The notes under the pieces were generated by a model. That model was not told where the DNA came from. It worked only from the letters and a program-made list of their open reading frames with translations, and did not search any database. A stretch of DNA of 64,000 nt, taken from positions 372,001 through 436,000 of IMG/VR virus record IMGVR_UViG_3300046616_000314; one strand, 5' to 3'. Both the position numbers and the translations under genes were made by a program. Shown piece by piece: positions 60,924 through 64,000 of this stretch (position 1 is its first letter; each line of letters opens with the position of its first letter).

Positions 60924-60957
60924 ATGTATATAAGGAACACGGAAACGGAGATTTAGG

Positions 60958-61317
60958 ATGTACATGAGCAACGAAACCCGCACTCAAGTTCGCGCCGAAC
61001 AGCAACATGCTCAAGACATTGCCGCCGAATATCAAGGTGGTGGTTTCCGTCCCGACATCCGTCATATCAATCTGCGCGACGGCATCATGAGCCTGTGTGA
61101 TCTGGATCAAGACGATGCGCAAGAATACATTCTGCGCAATCTGGATTGGGTCAACGGTCAGTTCAAGGATGGTCTGGTCGCCGAACAAATCACCGTTCTG
61201 GTCGGCAAGAACTTCGGCATCGGTCTGACCGCCGAAGAACAAGAAACTCGCGACCGTCGTGACGCCGAACACTACGGCTACACCTACGAAGCCTATATGG
61301 CTCTGGCTGACCACTAA
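60958..61317 (+). CDS. Hypothetical early protein inserted antisense in the baseplate module
   Basis: Has its own promoter, ribosome-binding site and terminator. Confidence 0.78.
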   Translation: MYMSNETRTQVRAEQQHAQDIAAEYQGGGFRPDIRHINLRDGIMSLCDLDQDDAQEYILRNLDWVNGQFKDGLVAEQITVLVGKNFGIGLTAEEQETRDRRDAEHYGYTYEAYMALADH

Positions 61318-61321
61318 TAAA

Positions 61322-61347
61322 AAAGGGGCTCCCAAAAGAGCCCCTTT
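61322..61347. terminator. Hairpin AAAGGGGCTC-N6-GAGCCCCTTT between convergent genes
   Basis: 10-bp stem with A/T flanks. Confidence 0.8.
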
Positions 61348-61351
61348 AGTT

Positions 61352-64000
61352 TTAGCGAATACGCAGGTTGTTGGCGGTGTTCGAATCGATGATCACAATA
61401 TCGCTGACTTGAGCGGTACTGATGAACAACTCATCGGATCGGCATCGAATTTCGAAACCATCACCGAATGCCGCGCTCTCAAACAGCGGAACCAGAGCAA
61501 CCGAGGCGATGACGTTTGCTAGTTGTTGGTGAATATAAGCCGCCAGTTCGGTGAAGTAGAACGTAGAACCGAAGTCCCAGAACTGAACCGCGAAGAATTC
61601 ATTGATCGCGCGAACGATACGGCTGCTAATTTCGCCATCGCTCAGTGTGGTGCTTGCCAGCTTAACAACCTTGAACTGTGTACGCAGTTCGTCGGCGGCG
61701 CCATTACCAAACAATAATTTGTACTTCACAGGGCGCCAGACGATTTGGTCTGAGAACATGCGATAGTCTTCAAATTCCGTGAACATCAAGCGAAGGTCAA
61801 GTTCGGTCGGGGCAACTGGAATCGCGTTTACATCCGCGCCTTGGCTGATCCACAAACGAGTGAGATAATCGTATTCTGAAGTCAGAACGAAAATGTCATT
61901 GATGTTTGTACGAGCCGGGTCAATGCGATGGTCCGCAATTGCATAGTGCTTCCATTTGAAGTTCAATGCTTCGGACGGAGTTTCATTTACAGCGACGTTA
62001 GGACCGCGCCCGATGGCGTAGGAATATGCGCTAGACGGTTGGACATTCCAGCCGTTTTCGTTTCCCGAGGTTGCAGTACGAACCCAGAACGTATTGGAAC
62101 GAACTTCAACATCACTGTCGATTTGGAACGCCAGGGTTCCAACCGGAGCAATTGTTGCGTTCGCATTGCGACGATCTGTTTCGGTGTCGAACAAATGAAC
62201 GTTGTAAATCGGCATTGTATCGTTAGACGCGGTTTGCCAGAACAGATAATTTGAGTGATCTTCGACAGGTTGAAGAATAATGTTGTTATAGGTATCCGGG
62301 TTATCGGGATGCCCATTCAGGTTCGCATCAGCAAAACGAACAACGGTACGAGCCGGGTTAGGTGTGCCATCACGATTTAGGTAGATAGCTCCGGTGTATA
62401 GTTCGTAATCCTTGCCAATCGAGCTACCGGTGTTGCTGTTCAGGTCTTCGTTATACTTCAAGACGCTGATCAAATCGTTTTGTTCATTGCCGGTTTCGTT
62501 GTCGATAGAACGACGCCCGTCATTGTAGAATTCAACGTTCTTCAAGCTTTCGAAGATATAGCGAATGCCGTTTGCGTTCACACCCCATGTTCCGCCAGCC
62601 GAATAGCTCACGGTCATGACTTCGTACACGTCACCAGCTTCGGGACCAATCAGACCCCAAGCACGAACACCGTCGTTGGGGTTCACGGAAGAGTCGAAGT
62701 AAAGCGAGAACGATTGGTTGTCGTTGATCTTATCTTGGATTTCAGAAATCGTTGTCGAATCCAGGGTAGGAGAGAAACGCGGAACAATTTCAATAACTTC
62801 CCAGCCTGTAGGGATAGCCAATGACAGGGTGACAGGTCCAGGCGTGTTTGCAGCAGGCGGATTGTTTACGGCGCCGATGATGCTGACGACAGTTGCCCAT
62901 TTGAATGAGGTCGGATGGGCAGGGTCTTGGAACTTCAATGTCGCGCCTGAAGCGATATAATCAATAGAGCTTGCGCCCGCGCCAGGGAAACTACCGGTGC
63001 TGCTATAAGCAGCCGATGTTGCAGCTTCCCACGGAATCGGAGGGGAAGGGAACTTAGAATCATCCAACAGACGATCTTGCATATAGTTGAGCGTTTCCTG
63101 ACGATCCAAGATCGGCTGGATAAACGACGTAACCAATTGCGGCGCGGTCTGGTTCAAAGTGATCGGAATTTCGACGTAGGTGTTGTACTTTTCTTTGAAG
63201 AAAATACCATCGTCCGAGAACACGTTCACGTCTTGATAGTTGCCGGTCGGATCGTTCAAATCAATAAAACGGGAGTGCCCCGAATAGACACGGTTCAATG
63301 CCTTCAGCTTTACAGCCAAATTGCTTTGCAGCGGGAAGGTGTTGTAGTCTTCGCCCGAGACCATGCGGTTTTGGGTAGCGTAGACGGATGGGGCACGTGC
63401 CTTGATTTGAGCTTCGGTTTCACGCGGTGTGGAATTCGAAACAGTTTCTTCAAGAGCGAACACCATCGTAAGGGTCTTCTGGACGCCATTACGATTGTAA
63501 TACTTCAGAGGAATTTCAACACGGCTGATGTCTGATGGCTTGATTTGATAGGTCAGACCGTTCGACACGCGATACCAGACGCGCAAGTTGCCGGTTGGAA
63601 CCGAGCCGAAACGACCGTCCGAGAAACGTAGGGACACGGCATCGTTATCGCGAGTGATCACCGAATAAATGTCACGCACGCTGGCTTCATAGTTGTTGTA
63701 GGTGATGTTCTGGTTATAGATAGCCGGAACCTTCGACCATTCTGTTAGAACCGAGCCGTTGTCATTGATCGTCTGAACCCAAACGTCTGTTTCGTTGACG
63801 TTGTTGTTGCCCAGGTCGATGACTTGGTTTTCGATAGGGGTCGAAATGAAGAACGATTCCGTGAAGGTGGAGCCTTGCTTGAACAGGAAAAAGAAACCTG
63901 TATTCGCGCTGGAATTACCCGTACCGTCATTGCGGTAGAAAACATTTAGCGAATTGCCGTAGCCAGGAGTACGCTCATAGAAGCCACCACCATCGTCAAA
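61352..64000 (-). CDS. gp6: Baseplate wedge protein (T4 gp6-like), 5' end outside the window
   Basis: RFSDGRFGSVP, RAPSVYATQNRMVSGEDY and FGSTFYFTEL motifs; frame is open from 64000. Confidence 0.85.
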   Translation of the reverse strand, partial: FDDGGGFYERTPGYGNSLNVFYRNDGTGNSSANTGFFFLFKQGSTFTESFFISTPIENQVIDLGNNNVNETDVWVQTINDNGSVLTEWSKVPAIYNQNITYNNYEASVRDIYSVITRDNDAVSLRFSDGRFGSVPTGNLRVWYRVSNGLTYQIKPSDISRVEIPLKYYNRNGVQKTLTMVFALEETVSNSTPRETEAQIKARAPSVYATQNRMVSGEDYNTFPLQSNLAVKLKALNRVYSGHSRFIDLNDPTGNYQDVNVFSDDGIFFKEKYNTYVEIPITLNQTAPQLVTSFIQPILDRQETLNYMQDRLLDDSKFPSPPIPWEAATSAAYSSTGSFPGAGASSIDYIASGATLKFQDPAHPTSFKWATVVSIIGAVNNPPAANTPGPVTLSLAIPTGWEVIEIVPRFSPTLDSTTISEIQDKINDNQSFSLYFDSSVNPNDGVRAWGLIGPEAGDVYEVMTVSYSAGGTWGVNANGIRYIFESLKNVEFYNDGRRSIDNETGNEQNDLISVLKYNEDLNSNTGSSIGKDYELYTGAIYLNRDGTPNPARTVVRFADANLNGHPDNPDTYNNIILQPVEDHSNYLFWQTASNDTMPIYNVHLFDTETDRRNANATIAPVGTLAFQIDSDVEVRSNTFWVRTATSGNENGWNVQPSSAYSYAIGRGPNVAVNETPSEALNFKWKHYAIADHRIDPARTNINDIFVLTSEYDYLTRLWISQGADVNAIPVAPTELDLRLMFTEFEDYRMFSDQIVWRPVKYKLLFGNGAADELRTQFKVVKLASTTLSDGEISSRIVRAINEFFAVQFWDFGSTFYFTELAAYIHQQLANVIASVALVPLFESAAFGDGFEIRCRSDELFISTAQVSDIVIIDSNTANNLRIR

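Noticed and set aside
1-64000. Stop-codon reassignment, as in some jumbo phages
   Set aside because: TAA, TAG and TGA all end well-formed genes, and ORFs of 1577 and 2251 aa are intact under code 11. The TGA at 53768 is an isolated case.
1-64000. tRNA, rRNA, introns, inteins, homing endonucleases, transposases
   Set aside because: Coding density leaves few gaps, and I recognised no cloverleaf, intein, HNH/GIY-YIG/LAGLIDADG or transposase motifs. A tRNAscan/Infernal run would be needed to exclude small RNAs.

Overview
A 64 kb segment of a T4-like jumbo myophage genome, read with the standard genetic code; no tRNA, rRNA or CRISPR is seen. (1) 1-14.5 kb is a minus-strand tandem array of 51 small paralogous genes (mostly 65-105 aa), and it runs off the left edge. 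Their N-terminal halves are hypervariable. They share a WCxxN/H helix and a C-terminal F-x-[ST]-E-E-D-A-x-x-F-K-[LM]-K-W-L motif whose codons overlap the start of the next gene and often form a TTCA-N3-TGAA palindrome. About 16 more family members lie at 17-19 kb and 26-34 kb. (2) 14.5-36.7 kb is an accessory and replication region with gp47 (SbcD/Mre11-like), an m5C methyltransferase, late-expressed GNAT/ART-like multidomain proteins, an Asp-box receptor-binding protein, an Ntn-hydrolase-like protein, a Dam-like N6A methyltransferase, a HaeIII-family restriction endonuclease and the late sigma factor gp55. The HaeIII target GGCC is almost absent from the window: I found one site in a manual scan. 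(3) 36.9-64 kb is a baseplate and tail module (tube-initiator-like, gp53, hub, gp5 with a lytic transglycosylase, tail fibres, two giant virion proteins, gp6), interrupted by small early-promoter cassettes. All counts are manual and all family assignments come from recalled motifs; no database search was run.
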